DNA from: Narcine bancroftii
Lineage: Eukaryota
Length of the DNA stretch: 64,000 nucleotides
Assembly (NCBI RefSeq): GCF_036971445.1
Contig: NC_091472.1
Span: 182,838,001 to 182,902,000, forward strand
Direction of reading: 5' to 3'
Under the pieces are notes generated by a model. That model worked only from the letters and a program-made list of their open reading frames with translations, was not told the origin of the DNA and did not search any database. Position numbers and translations under genes: made by a program. Of the stretch, positions 38,437 to 49,329 are shown one piece after another. Positions within the stretch are counted from its first letter, which is position 1; every line of letters starts with the position of its first letter.

Positions 38437-39459
38437 GTGGGTTGTCCCAGGGCCGGGGCAACGATGGCCACGGTGTGAGATCGGGACACGTTCATTAAAA
38501 GGCCGTTCTCTGGTCGGGCAGCAACGGCCTTTGCAAACAAGCGATCGTTGGGGGGGGGGAGGGGAGAGTGTTGTGAGGATGAGAAGGGGGCAACAGGTAG
38601 CTCACCGAGTTGTGGTAAGAGGAGGAAATGAGCGAGAGAATACGCTGGAGATGTTTACCCTTCGAGTGTAAAAGCAGAATGTTGGAAATATCCTTAGATC
38701 TGGAGCTCGGGGACCTGGTCTGAAGATTCGGGGGAACAGTTTTAAAACGGAGACGAAGATGAAACTGTTTTTCTCCCTAGAAAGTAGCATATTTGTGAAA
38801 TTCTCTGCCTATGAAACTTCCATCAAATGTTATTAAGGCACAGATGGATATCTGAATAATAGGGGGAATTAAGGTTTTGAGGAACTGAGTGGAGCGATTC
38901 CATGGCTAGATCGACCACAGAAGATCTTCATCCAGACAGCTCAGCCTTCGTTGCTATAGTACCCATGGTCAAGGAGCTCCAAAACCAGGGCCTTTGCAAC
39001 TGGATCCTTGATTTCCTCATTGGAAGATCAATATGAATTAGAAACAACATCTCCGCACTACAGTCCACACAGGGGCACCTCAAGGATGCGTGCTATTCCC
39101 ACTCATGACTGTGTGGCCAGGCACAATTCAAATCCCATCTACAAATTTGCCAGTGACACCATGGTTATCAGTTGTTGGGTACAAGCCCACCTTCTGTTGG
39201 GCATCATGACACCCACATCCATATATAAAACCATGTGTGTCAGTAACCATGTTAATCTAATAGAAGTAAAGGATGAGAAAGCATCATGCCACTGAGTCTT
39301 AATTGTATGAGTGCACACTCAAGTGTTGACGAGGAACAAACTGAACCCTACACATACTCCATGCACCAACCATGAGAAGGAAAACAACAGAAAAAAGGTA
39401 GAAAACTACTAACTAGTCCAAGTACAATACAATTAGCAGGAACCAAAAACACTCTACAT

Positions 39460-40483
39460 CACACATGTCAAACTCTGGCCCGCGGGCCAAATTTGGCCCG
39501 CGATATAATTATATTTGGCCTGCAAGATCATTTGAAAAATGTATTAGAGGTGGCCCGCTGGCCGCCGCGCCAGTATAGCGCAAGCACAGCTAATACTATA
39601 AATCCCAGAATGCATTGGCGTCAGCCTGCTAATCGCCCCCACCTCCTCTGTTTACGTTGCAGGGTTTCACCGTGGACTCTGGTTTTGGGGCCTGGCCGGT
39701 GTCAGGGGAAGCCAAGGCTGCTTCGCAGCGCCCGGAACTGGAGGCCTCGGGCCTGACCTCGTCAGGACCGTTGCCCACTCCCCTCCCTGCCGCAGGCTGA
39801 TCCGCGACTCACGGTGACGGGGCCGCTGATCCGCCGAGATGCCGCCCTGCAGCGAGAGCCGATACCCCCGCACTGTCGTTGTCCAACCCGATCGCCCGCA
39901 AACCTCGCCCTCCCGCACACAGGCCTGAGTAAGGATTATGAACTTTAATCTCAGGATAAAACGATCTTCCAATAGTTTCATGTCACAGTGATAAATATAT
40001 TCCTGGTTAAAAATGGTCCTGCACCTGGATACAAGCTCATTAGGCATAAAACTTGAAAAGTGTGTAAATCAAAGGATATCTGTACCAATGGAAAAAGGGC
40101 ATGGCAAATAACCCTGCTAGAGTTCATGCCCACAATCAGTCACCCATTTGGTTGTTTCAGGAATCATGTTATTCTCCCACATTCTCAATAGCCCTCAGAT
40201 TTTACTATTCGATAGCACACTAGCAACATTTGACAAATCCTCTATAGAGAAATATTATTTATTGAATATTTTATTTCTCATTTGTTAATGCTTCTGGAAA
40301 GAGTTTATCCAAAACTATTATTAAACATTTATTTTAATAAGAAAAAGTTTAACATTACATATGTTGAAAGAAGAGAAAACATGCAGATGTTGTTGAAAAT
40401 TTTCAATAAATATTTAGTTCGGCCCTCGACTTAGTCCAAGTTTTTAATTTTGGCCCTCCGTGAATTTGAGTTTGACACCCGTG
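39460..40483 (+). mobile_element. Non-autonomous hAT element, copy 1
   Basis: TIRs cacacatgtcaaactc / gagtttgacacccgtg; perfect 8-bp TSD ctctacat. Confidence 0.92.
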
Positions 40484-43389
40484 CTCTACATTGTAGATAC
40501 CCAGGGACCAGCACTCTTTGGAAGAAACTGGCTACAGCATATTCCCCTAAACTGGCTGGAAATTGGTTCAATACGAAATGTAAACCACACAGACACCTCC
40601 CAGCCAGAATTCGACCAAATCCTCAACAACCATGCAGTGGTTTTCCAACAAGAATTGGGAAAAATCAAAGGTGTTCAAGCCAAACTGCAATTAAAAGATA
40701 ATACAGATCCAAAATTCTTCAAAGCCGGAACAGTCCCATTTACTATGAAAAGTAAAATTGAAGCTGAATTAAACAGACTAAAACATGAAGGCATATTAGA
40801 ACCAATACAATACAGCGATTGGGCAGCACCAATCGTACCCGTACAAAAAGCAAACAGTGAAATTTGCATTTGTGGGGATTATAAAATCACCATCGATCCA
40901 TCACTCAAAATACCCAAACACCCAATGCTCAAGGCAGAAGAATTGTTCCAAGCAATAAATGGAGGGCAAAAATTCATCAAACTAGATTTGTCACAAGCCT
41001 ATCAACAGATAGAATTTGACAAAAAAAAAATCAAGGGAATATGTGACAATCAATACTCATCTGAGACTGTTCGCCTACACACACAGGCCTTATAGAATTT
41101 CAGCAACACCTGTGATTTTCTTTTTTTCAAGCAACGATGGACAAATTACTACATGGACTCTCGTCATCATGGGCCGAAATAACAGTGAACACTTACAAAA
41201 CCTTGAAAGGGTTTTAACCAGACTACTACAGGCTAATATATGATTATGAAAGGACAAGTGTGTCTTCATGCTTCCATCAGTAAAATATCTTTTGTTTACA
41301 ATCGACAACAAATGAATCCAGCAGGAACAGAAGCTGTTTTCAAGGCCTCATACCCAACCAACAATCAGAATTTCAGTCATTCCTAGGACTTGTTAATCAC
41401 TACCGAAAATGTAACCCTAATATGTTTATGTAGCCCGCTGAACCAATTACTCAAGAAAGATCAAATGTGGTATTGGAACACAAGCTAAAAGCACAGTCGA
41501 TCAACTAAAGGAAATACTAACGTCAACAACTAAGGTGCTGATCAACTACGACCCTAGTAAAGAATTTACACTAGCCGTGGACTAGGAGCGGTACTATCCC
41601 AAATCACAGAAAAAGGTGAGCAACCAGTAGCGTATGCGTCACGAACATTAGTGAATGCAATTACGCCCAACTAGAAAAAGGATTGGCCATAATTTTTGGT
41701 GCTTGTATAAAAACAAAATTCCACTGATATCTTCACAGAAAAAAATTCACAGACATCAAGCCTCTTAGTTTAATCCTGGGACCACACAAAGGTATACCAA
41801 TATTAGCTGCGGCCAGAATTCAAAGATGGGCCAGGCTACTAGCAGTGTATAACTATTATATAAAACAAACCAGGAACACTCAACAACCATGCCTTATCAT
41901 GCATGCCGCTACCCGAGACAGAACAACAAGAAGAACTTATTAAATGGATAGCAGAAGCAGCAGCCATCAACCAAGAACAACTTCAACAACTGCCCATTAC
42001 AGCCCAGATGATCGCAAAGGAAACCCAAAAAGAGGCAACATTAAGCAAGATCCTATACTTTACCCTTAATGGGTGGCTCAAATCTGAAGTAATTGCAGAA
42101 GATCTAAAACTTTACCACACACGTCGCCATGAACTATCAGTCAAAGAAGGATGTTTACTATGGGGTACCCGTACAATTTTTACAGCCAAATGGCAAATTA
42201 CCATGTTATCAGAATTACACCACAACCATCTGGGAATGGTATGAATGAAGACACTGGTCCAGATGCATGTCTGGTGGCCCTCCATCCACAGAGACATTGA
42301 AACAACAGTAAGAGAATGCAAAGTATGTCAGTCAATGCAGCCAAATATGCTGCAAGCCCAAGCTAACCCATGGAATTGGCCATCCAAACCCTGGCATCGG
42401 ATTCATGTTGACTTTGCTGGATAATTCATAGGTGAGACTTTCCTATTAGCTGTGGATGCACACTCCAAATGGCCAGTAGTTTCACAGCTGAAAAACACCA
42501 AAGCAGATCCCACGATTGACTGTCTACGCGCTATCTTTGCCACTTAAAGATTGCCTCATGAATTAGTTACGGACAATGGGCCTCAATTTACATCAGAACA
42601 TTTAAAAAAAATTTATGCACGACAACAACATCAGACGTATTTTGTCTGCACCCATCACCCAAGTGGAGGCAGAATGTTTTGTACAAACATTCAAAAAAGC
42701 AATGAAAACCATGAAACTTTTAAATGCCTCCTGGACACACAAAATCGCAGATTTCCTATTGTGATACAGAAACATACCGCATTCTACCACAAAACACACC
42801 CGAGCAGAACTAATATTTGGCTGCAACCTGCGGACCAGGCTATCCACAGTTCATCCAGATCAGGGTCTCCGACTTCGGAGGGAAAAAAAAGCATTGCCAC
42901 AGACCTCACCTCTTACATTGGAAGTGGATGAGAGAGTTCTGGTACAAGATTATAGACAATATAAAGACCCATGGGTGGTAGGAGTAATCTTATAAAAATT
43001 GAACCCCTATTCATACTCTGTTCTTGTGAGGGACAGATTGTGGAAGTGATACATTGACCAATTATGAGCATTGACTGACACTAAGGTCAATAAACTGCCT
43101 CATGAACTGGAGGAGGTGGAACCAGATCTGCTGTGGCCTGCCCTGACCATCCCACCTCTCAGGCTGAGTGAGGGAGGACAGACATGGTCACGGAGCCAAG
43201 CAGTCCAGTGAGGAGTCCAGTAACTGAGACACACAGCCAGGAGGACAGCGAAGGCAGGCAGTCTTCGCTGTAGGTTAGTGAAGGCAGACAGTCGTCGCCA
43301 ACTTGATCGCCGGCCCAACTATTTATGGGTCCCGAGCAAAGACACGCCGAGGCAGTCCAAAAGAGGAAGACCACTTGAACCCTTTAAGG

Positions 43390-44606
43390 CAGGGGTGTCA
43401 AACTCAAATTCACAGAGGGCCAAAATTAAAAACTTGGACTAAGTCGAGGGCCGGACTAAATATTTATTGAAAATTTTCAACAACATCTGCATGTTTTCTC
43501 TTCTTTCAACATATGTAATGTTAAACTTTAGGATATAACTTTAGGAGGATAATGTTACAGGTCAGGAGTAGGTAGCTCAAGTTCACCCTTTGCTTGACAT
43601 GAGGGAAACATATTTGGTCCCTGTGGAGATGTAGTCAGCATTCACAGGCTGTGTCCATTTTGGCCTGCATCAGGACTCAGCATTTCCTGCTCACTCCTCA
43701 GGCTCTAGGCCTCTATTCACCCACGACCCACCATCCCTCTACCTGACCAGTCCTTTACCCAACCTCTACTCACCTCTCACTCCACTCGCTCTGCCTCTAC
43801 CCACCCCATCCTATACACGCCCCTCTACTGCCTCTCCCCTCAACCTGTTCCTCCCTCTACCCATCTCTCACCCTCTAATCACCCCTCCCCTACTCGCCCT
43901 GCCCCTCCCCTTTTACCTCTTCCCTATCCACCCCTCCTTCTACTCATCCCTCCCTCTAACTGCCCCTTGCACCACCATAACTTCCCCTGCCCATTACTCC
44001 TCACCTACACCCTCTGCCCACCCTTGCTTACCCACCCACTCAGGCCCAGCGCGCTGCTGATCAGCCTTTGCGGAACAGCGGGGGCCGTGCGCAGCCTGCC
44101 ATGTCCGTCGCGCCAACAGGAAATCACAGGCGCTCGCCAATCAGCCGCACCGCTTGAGAGGTGGGAGAAGTGACTGGTTGTGCGGGGAGCCTTCCAACTG
44201 GCTTGCCGGCTGATGACATCGACAGACTTCTCGTGTTACAATTTTGTTTTCCCCGTTCTCAAAGTTTGCATGGTCAACCTGCAACACTCTTGCTCCCTCT
44301 GCGTCCCGTGGATCTGATGCCCGGGTGTTGTTAGGATTCCCAGCAGAAGGTTGGTGGAACTTTACTATTCTGGATTCCTTTTTGAGAATATTCTGGCCAT
44401 CTTTTAAGGGGGGTGGTTTTAAGGGGGAGGGGATAGTTAGGGGGTAGGGAAGGATGTGCAATGAAGGGGGAGGATGGTGGGGGTGACATTACCAAAAAAC
44501 AGCATCGGCTCTCGCTGCAGGGCGGGCCACCTCTAATACATTGCGGGCCAAATATAATTATATCGCGGGCCAAATTTGGCCCGCGGGCCAGAGTTTGACA
44601 TGTGTG
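43390..44606 (-). mobile_element. Non-autonomous hAT element, copy 2 (inverted relative to copy 1)
   Basis: TIRs caggggtgtcaaactc / gagtttgacatgtgtg; TSD ctttaagg / ctctaagg; both ends shared with copy 1. Confidence 0.92.
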
Positions 44607-45667
44607 CTCTAAGGACTATATGCCCTGATTATTATTAAATACTTTCCATTTTGTAATTATAATTACTCATGAGATGAATTCTAATTCTCACGTAGTCCTG
44701 GGCCCAAAAAAATCTTATTAGTTCAAAGGGGCCCAGTCAGCATTTACTGGGTGGGGGGGGGGGGTGGGTGGGTGGGTGGTGGTGCGGCAGAGTGTTGGGT
44801 ATAAGCCTGCCCACTGCTGGAAGTCATGATGCCCACGTCATGGTGTCACCCTTCCATATGTGTCAGTAGCCACATTAGTCCTAATAGAAGTAAAGGATGA
44901 GAAAGCATCATGCCTCCAAGTCTTAATTGTGTGAGTGCGTACACAACATCAGCAGAATCACAGCCAGCAATGAGGAAGCGTGACAGGCGAGGGATAGATC
45001 AACTCGTTAAGTGGTGCCACTACAACAACCTTGCACTGAATATGGCAAAACTAAGGAGCTGATTGTGGACTTCAGGAAGGGAAACTTGGGAGAACAGGAA
45101 CCAATCCTGATTGAAGGGTCAGCAGCGCAAAGGCTTAAGAACTTCATATTCTTTGGTATCATCTCTGAAGATGTGTCCTGGGGCCTCCGTGTTGATGCCA
45201 TCACAAAGAAGATTCCCCAGCAGCTATACTTCGTGAGGAGTTTGAAGAGATTTGGTATGTCACCAAAGACTCACATTTCTACAGGAAATGAGAGCATTCT
45301 GACCAATTGCATTACTGTTTGGTATGGAGGTGTACTAGACAAGATAAAAACTAGGGAGTTGTTAACTCACCCACTGTCATCATGGGCAATAGTCTTCACT
45401 ATGTCGAGGACACCTACATGAGGCAGTGTAAGAAAATGGCCTGTATCCTCAACAACCCTTACAACCTAGGCAATAGGCCACTTCCTGTCAGGCCTCTGCC
45501 AGGAGGCTGGCTACAAGAGCAGATCTAAAACTTAAAATGCCTTTCAGTCAGCAGTCCTAAAAGGTTGCTTCAGTGTCCCATTCATATCGAGAGGCTCCTG
45601 TACCGTTCTCTGGGTGACTGGTGCTGTAGCACTACCTGTCATAAATATGCAGCAGACCAATGGCTGG

Positions 45668-45757
45668 CTTCGCTACCCATAATCCCTCACGCATCTGGAA
45701 CTGTTCTGTGGTTCCTAGAACAGTTCCAGCTGCGTGGGGGAATTATGGGTAGGGAAG
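45668..45757. repeat. Hairpin-forming inverted repeat, about 40-bp stem
   Basis: Arms 45668-45707 and 45717-45757; 9-nt loop; 2 mismatches, 1 bulge, 1 G-U. Confidence 0.9.
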
Positions 45758-47743
45758 ACGATTATTGCTCTGCCGCGTTTTGAGCCACAGAGAGCGGCCC
45801 CAAATGTTGAAGCAACCTGCTGTGGCTGTCACAGCCTGCACCAGCCCCCGCCTGGAGAGGGGTGAGTGGAGAGATCTATCGTGGGCTGACGGCATCATCA
45901 CCCCGCCCCTAACCAACCACTTGCAGCAGCTGTACATTCAGCTCAGGCGGCGGAGCGCACCGCTCTACCGATTATCCTTCCCCGGAAAGGGTTGGAATTG
46001 GCACCTTGGAGCCAGCCACAGCATGTTAAGTCTTTAGCCATAAGGTTGAAAACCTCCACCTTTACAGACTGGTGTTTTCCTGCTTGAAAGTGCCTAATAT
46101 TTGCACCTGTAATGCTGTTGCAAAAGAACAAATTTTGTGACGTGATAACGGCAATAAATTATGATTTTGATCTTATTGGGAAGTCAGGTGGCCCAATTCT
46201 GCTCCTGTTTCTTATGTTCTTCTGTCAGGATTATTAATGATAGAAAATGGATAAAAAAGAACATAAAATTTAAGCCTGGTTCATATTCTCTGGTTTCAAG
46301 AGCATTGTATTAACCTATATCCACAAATTTGTGTCTTTAAATATCTCAATGACTGAGCCTCCACAACCCTCTTGGATAGAGAATTTCAAAAGTCACCATG
46401 CCATGGGAGAAGAAATATTTTTTGTCCTTAGTTCTGTGTGTCTTGGACCACTGTCCAAGGGAAACGTCTGTCTCTTTTCATGTAGAGTCGAGAACCATTT
46501 AAAAAAAAATGTGTTGTGGGAACATCCCTTGTGCTTCTAAATAATTGCAATATTTATGGTTCAAGACCTAGAAAATGTGCATTTAGCAGGCTCACTCAAG
46601 AACTCTCAGTATGTAATGGAAATAAGTACATCAAGCATAACACAAAAGACTATTCAGTTTAAGTGCTCCATGTTGGTGATGTTGCACCACTTTGATCCTA
46701 CTCTGAACCTGCTCTAATTAGCTATGTAGACATGCTTTTCCCCTTCTCCATCATGTGGAGACCTATCTTATTATTTATTTATGTATTTTATCTACTATGT
46801 ATTTATTTAATTTGCTTTAATTCACACCATTCTGAATCTTGTTTCTTCGTTATCAGTAATTATCTTGAATTTGGTCCTCCTCTCAAGGGAGATGATTTGT
46901 ACATCCCCCAAATTTCTTTCATTAATAGTTGTCAGGTCAGCATGTCTTTCCTCTACCATCTATCTTTCTGGAGAAAATGTCTCCAACCTTTTTTTTTTAA
47001 TAAGGCTTGTAGTAGATCCACATTGAGAAGGAAATCAAAGTGATTTGCACTGGCACTTTGCATTATTATTTTGCTTGTAGATTTTTTGTCCTTTTTAAAA
47101 ATAAAAAATAAAAAATTGTGAGCCAGTTGGTTTTATGATTCAACTGTGACATAGGATCATCAAATTATTACTGGATAGGAAGGATTCAAGCCATTGAGTC
47201 TGTATCCACTTAGAGCTCATTTTTACATTGTACCCATGCTGATAGATATTTGGGGACAGAATTAAACAGTAGAATTTATACGATTTTGCATTTGGTGTTG
47301 GTGGATACCAGAACTGCAGGATATAACCTAATGCATTTTGCAGGAAGGTATTTCAGAAAGATTTTGGTCCCAGTTTCAAAGCACACGTACACACTTCTGT
47401 TGGCATCAAAGATGAAGAAACTTGTTATTGAAGTAAAAAAAAACATAATACTTCTGTAATTTAAATTTTAATGCAATGGTTGTGTCAAAGGGAAGAGTGT
47501 ACTTCTATGATATCTCCATAATTATGGATTCAACAATGTTATATGTTCAGGACTCTATTGTATGACTGGCAGCATTAGAAACAGAGATATTTTTCTTTCT
47601 TTTCTGCATCAAGTATCTAAATTTGCCTTTGCAGGTTTATATGCAAGATTGTTGTGCAAGACTTTATGCATCAGATATATCACTACATGTTAGTTTGTGT
47701 CTCTTATGTGAGGTTAAAGATGCGCTTTGATTTATTTCCACAG

Positions 47744-47870
47744 CACAATGTCAAATGTTTACCAAGCTTTCCATCAGTTGATTACCCATCAGATGTGGAA
47801 CCTGACACCAGAGAGATGGTTCGAGAACAGAATAAAAAGAAAAAAAAGTCGGGAGGTTTTCAATCCATGG
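47744..47870 (+). CDS. DDX54: DDX54 exon 2
   Basis: LPSFP...[27 protein letters not shown]; AG/GT boundaries; 127 nt. Confidence 0.95.
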
Positions 47871-48299
47871 GTACGTCCAGCTACCACAAATACCAGAATT
47901 AGTACTTTTAATATTTGAAGTACCGCGACTATGACAAGTTAATTCATGCTATCCCTGATGGCGCAATCTGAGTATAAAATATTTCAAAAGCAAAACACTG
48001 CAGATAATGGAAATGTGAGATACAAGCTAAAATTGCTGGAAAATATAAATGAAGATAGTTGAGGATATCTAGCAGGTCAAATAATATTTGTGGTGATTGA
48101 AAGAAAGTTAGCATTTCTGGTTGATACTGCAAGGCAGTTAGTGTTTAAATGAAATTAGGCTGGATTGGGGAGAATAATGTGGCTAAGTTCTATCAATATA
48201 ATTCAAGTGCTATTTTGGGTTAATACATTTTGTTATTAATTTTATGTAATAGTTTAATTTTATAACATCAGTGGGAAAAAATCACACATCTGTGGGATT

Positions 48300-48690
48300 T
48301 CAAGTTCATTGCCACATATGGCCGTGATGGGAGTTGTTTTGCGAGCAGACTGGTGGACATCTTGTACATAGCACAAGTAAGGCATATGAGAAAAGTGCAG
48401 TTTCAGAGACAGAGGCTAGTATGGAGCAAAGGCAACATAGTTTTACTATTTTGGAGTTCACTCAGGAGTCTGTTAATGGCATGAAAGAAACTGTCCTGGT
48501 ATCTGGTGGAATGTGGTCTCACAGTTGTGAATCTTCTTCCTGATGGGAAGGGGTGAAGAAAGTGTGGCTGGAGTGGGATGTCAGGTAATAGGTTGGCTGC
48601 TTTTCCAAGGCCGCAAAAATTATTGATGGAGTCAATTATGGTGATGGGAGTACATGTGATGCCCTGTACCACATTAACAACATTTTGTAA
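48300..48690 (-). mobile_element. Rex1/Babar-like 3' fragment
   Basis: LQNVVN...QGIT; FPSGRRF...TRYQDSFFHAINRLL. Confidence 0.7.
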
Positions 48691-49184
48691 AGCAAAAAGA
48701 ACCATTTGGGACAGATTTCTACACTGTATATAAAAAAAAACAGCTTAAAATTGTACAATGGAAATGCTATTGGGATACCTTGACAGAAAGGTGGAAGTTC
48801 CACGTGAAAATTATAGTTTTAATTCTGATTGTAGACTGAAGTATGTATTGAAAAGAGAGGAAACAAGAATATAGATTTAAGAAATCGAATTAATACATGT
48901 GACAAAGATACAAGTTTAAGAGTTTCAAAATCTAATATTTTTATACCTTTTACATTTTTTCTAGAAGAGGGATGGATGGTTTCCTACACTGTGGTCATCA
49001 TGTTAAAATGTATTTATTATTCTTTTAAGCATTCCCGTTGTGGCTATTGTCATTGCAGACACAATAGAATGTATGTGCAGTTTGCCATAACAGCAGCTTC
49101 CATTGCTGAACAATGAAAAATTGATGTTTGACTTTACAGTTTTGCAAAATTATTACAAAATAATTTTACTTTGTTTTTCAACAG

Positions 49185-49255
49185 GTTTAAGCTTTCCTGT
49201 CTTTAAAGGCATTATGAAGAAAGGCTATAAAGTCCCGACTCCAATTCAGAGAAAG
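49185..49255 (+). CDS. DDX54: DDX54 exon 3 (Q motif)
   Basis: [24 protein letters not shown]; 71 nt. Confidence 0.96.
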
Positions 49256-49329
49256 GTAGTAATTTTACTGTTAAGGGAAGTTCATTGCTTCACAAACTTT
49301 TGATGAAATTAGTTGATGTCACCCCTAAA

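Larger units (their letters stand above)
37700..38560. promoter_or_regulatory. CpG island / bidirectional promoter RITA1-DDX54
   Basis: GC box near 37945; CCAAT near 37995; CRE-like sites near 37961 and 38201; X-box half site cttggtaac near 38171; YY1 motif AACATGGCGGC at 38221. Confidence 0.85.
39173..44948 (+). mobile_element. Degenerate Ty3/Gypsy LTR retrotransposon with gag largely deleted
   Basis: LTRs 39173-39321 and 44793-44948 (TG...CA); PBS-like gtgttgacgagg; G-rich tract before the 3' LTR; TSD tcagt / tcagc; pol remnants GPALFGRNWL, WAAPIVPV, ICGDYK, KLDLSQAY, WHRIHVDFAG, VTDNGPQF. Confidence 0.93.
38930..46175 (+). mobile_element. Decayed Rex1/Babar-like LINE split by a Gypsy provirus (pieces about 38930-39172, 44949-45470, tail to about 46175)
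   Basis: HDCVARHNSNPIYKFASDT resumes after the 3' LTR; KTKELIVDFRK; ESILTNCITVWYG. Confidence 0.8.

Noticed and set aside
43720-44040. C/T-rich quasi-periodic tract as a repeat-spacer array
   Set aside because: Low-complexity sequence with no constant repeat and no unique spacers; no CRISPR-like array seen anywhere in the window
39460-44606. Single composite transposon carrying Gypsy pol between outer inverted repeats
   Set aside because: Each hAT copy has its own 8-bp TSD and the outer flanks differ (ctctacat versus ctctaagg), so they inserted independently
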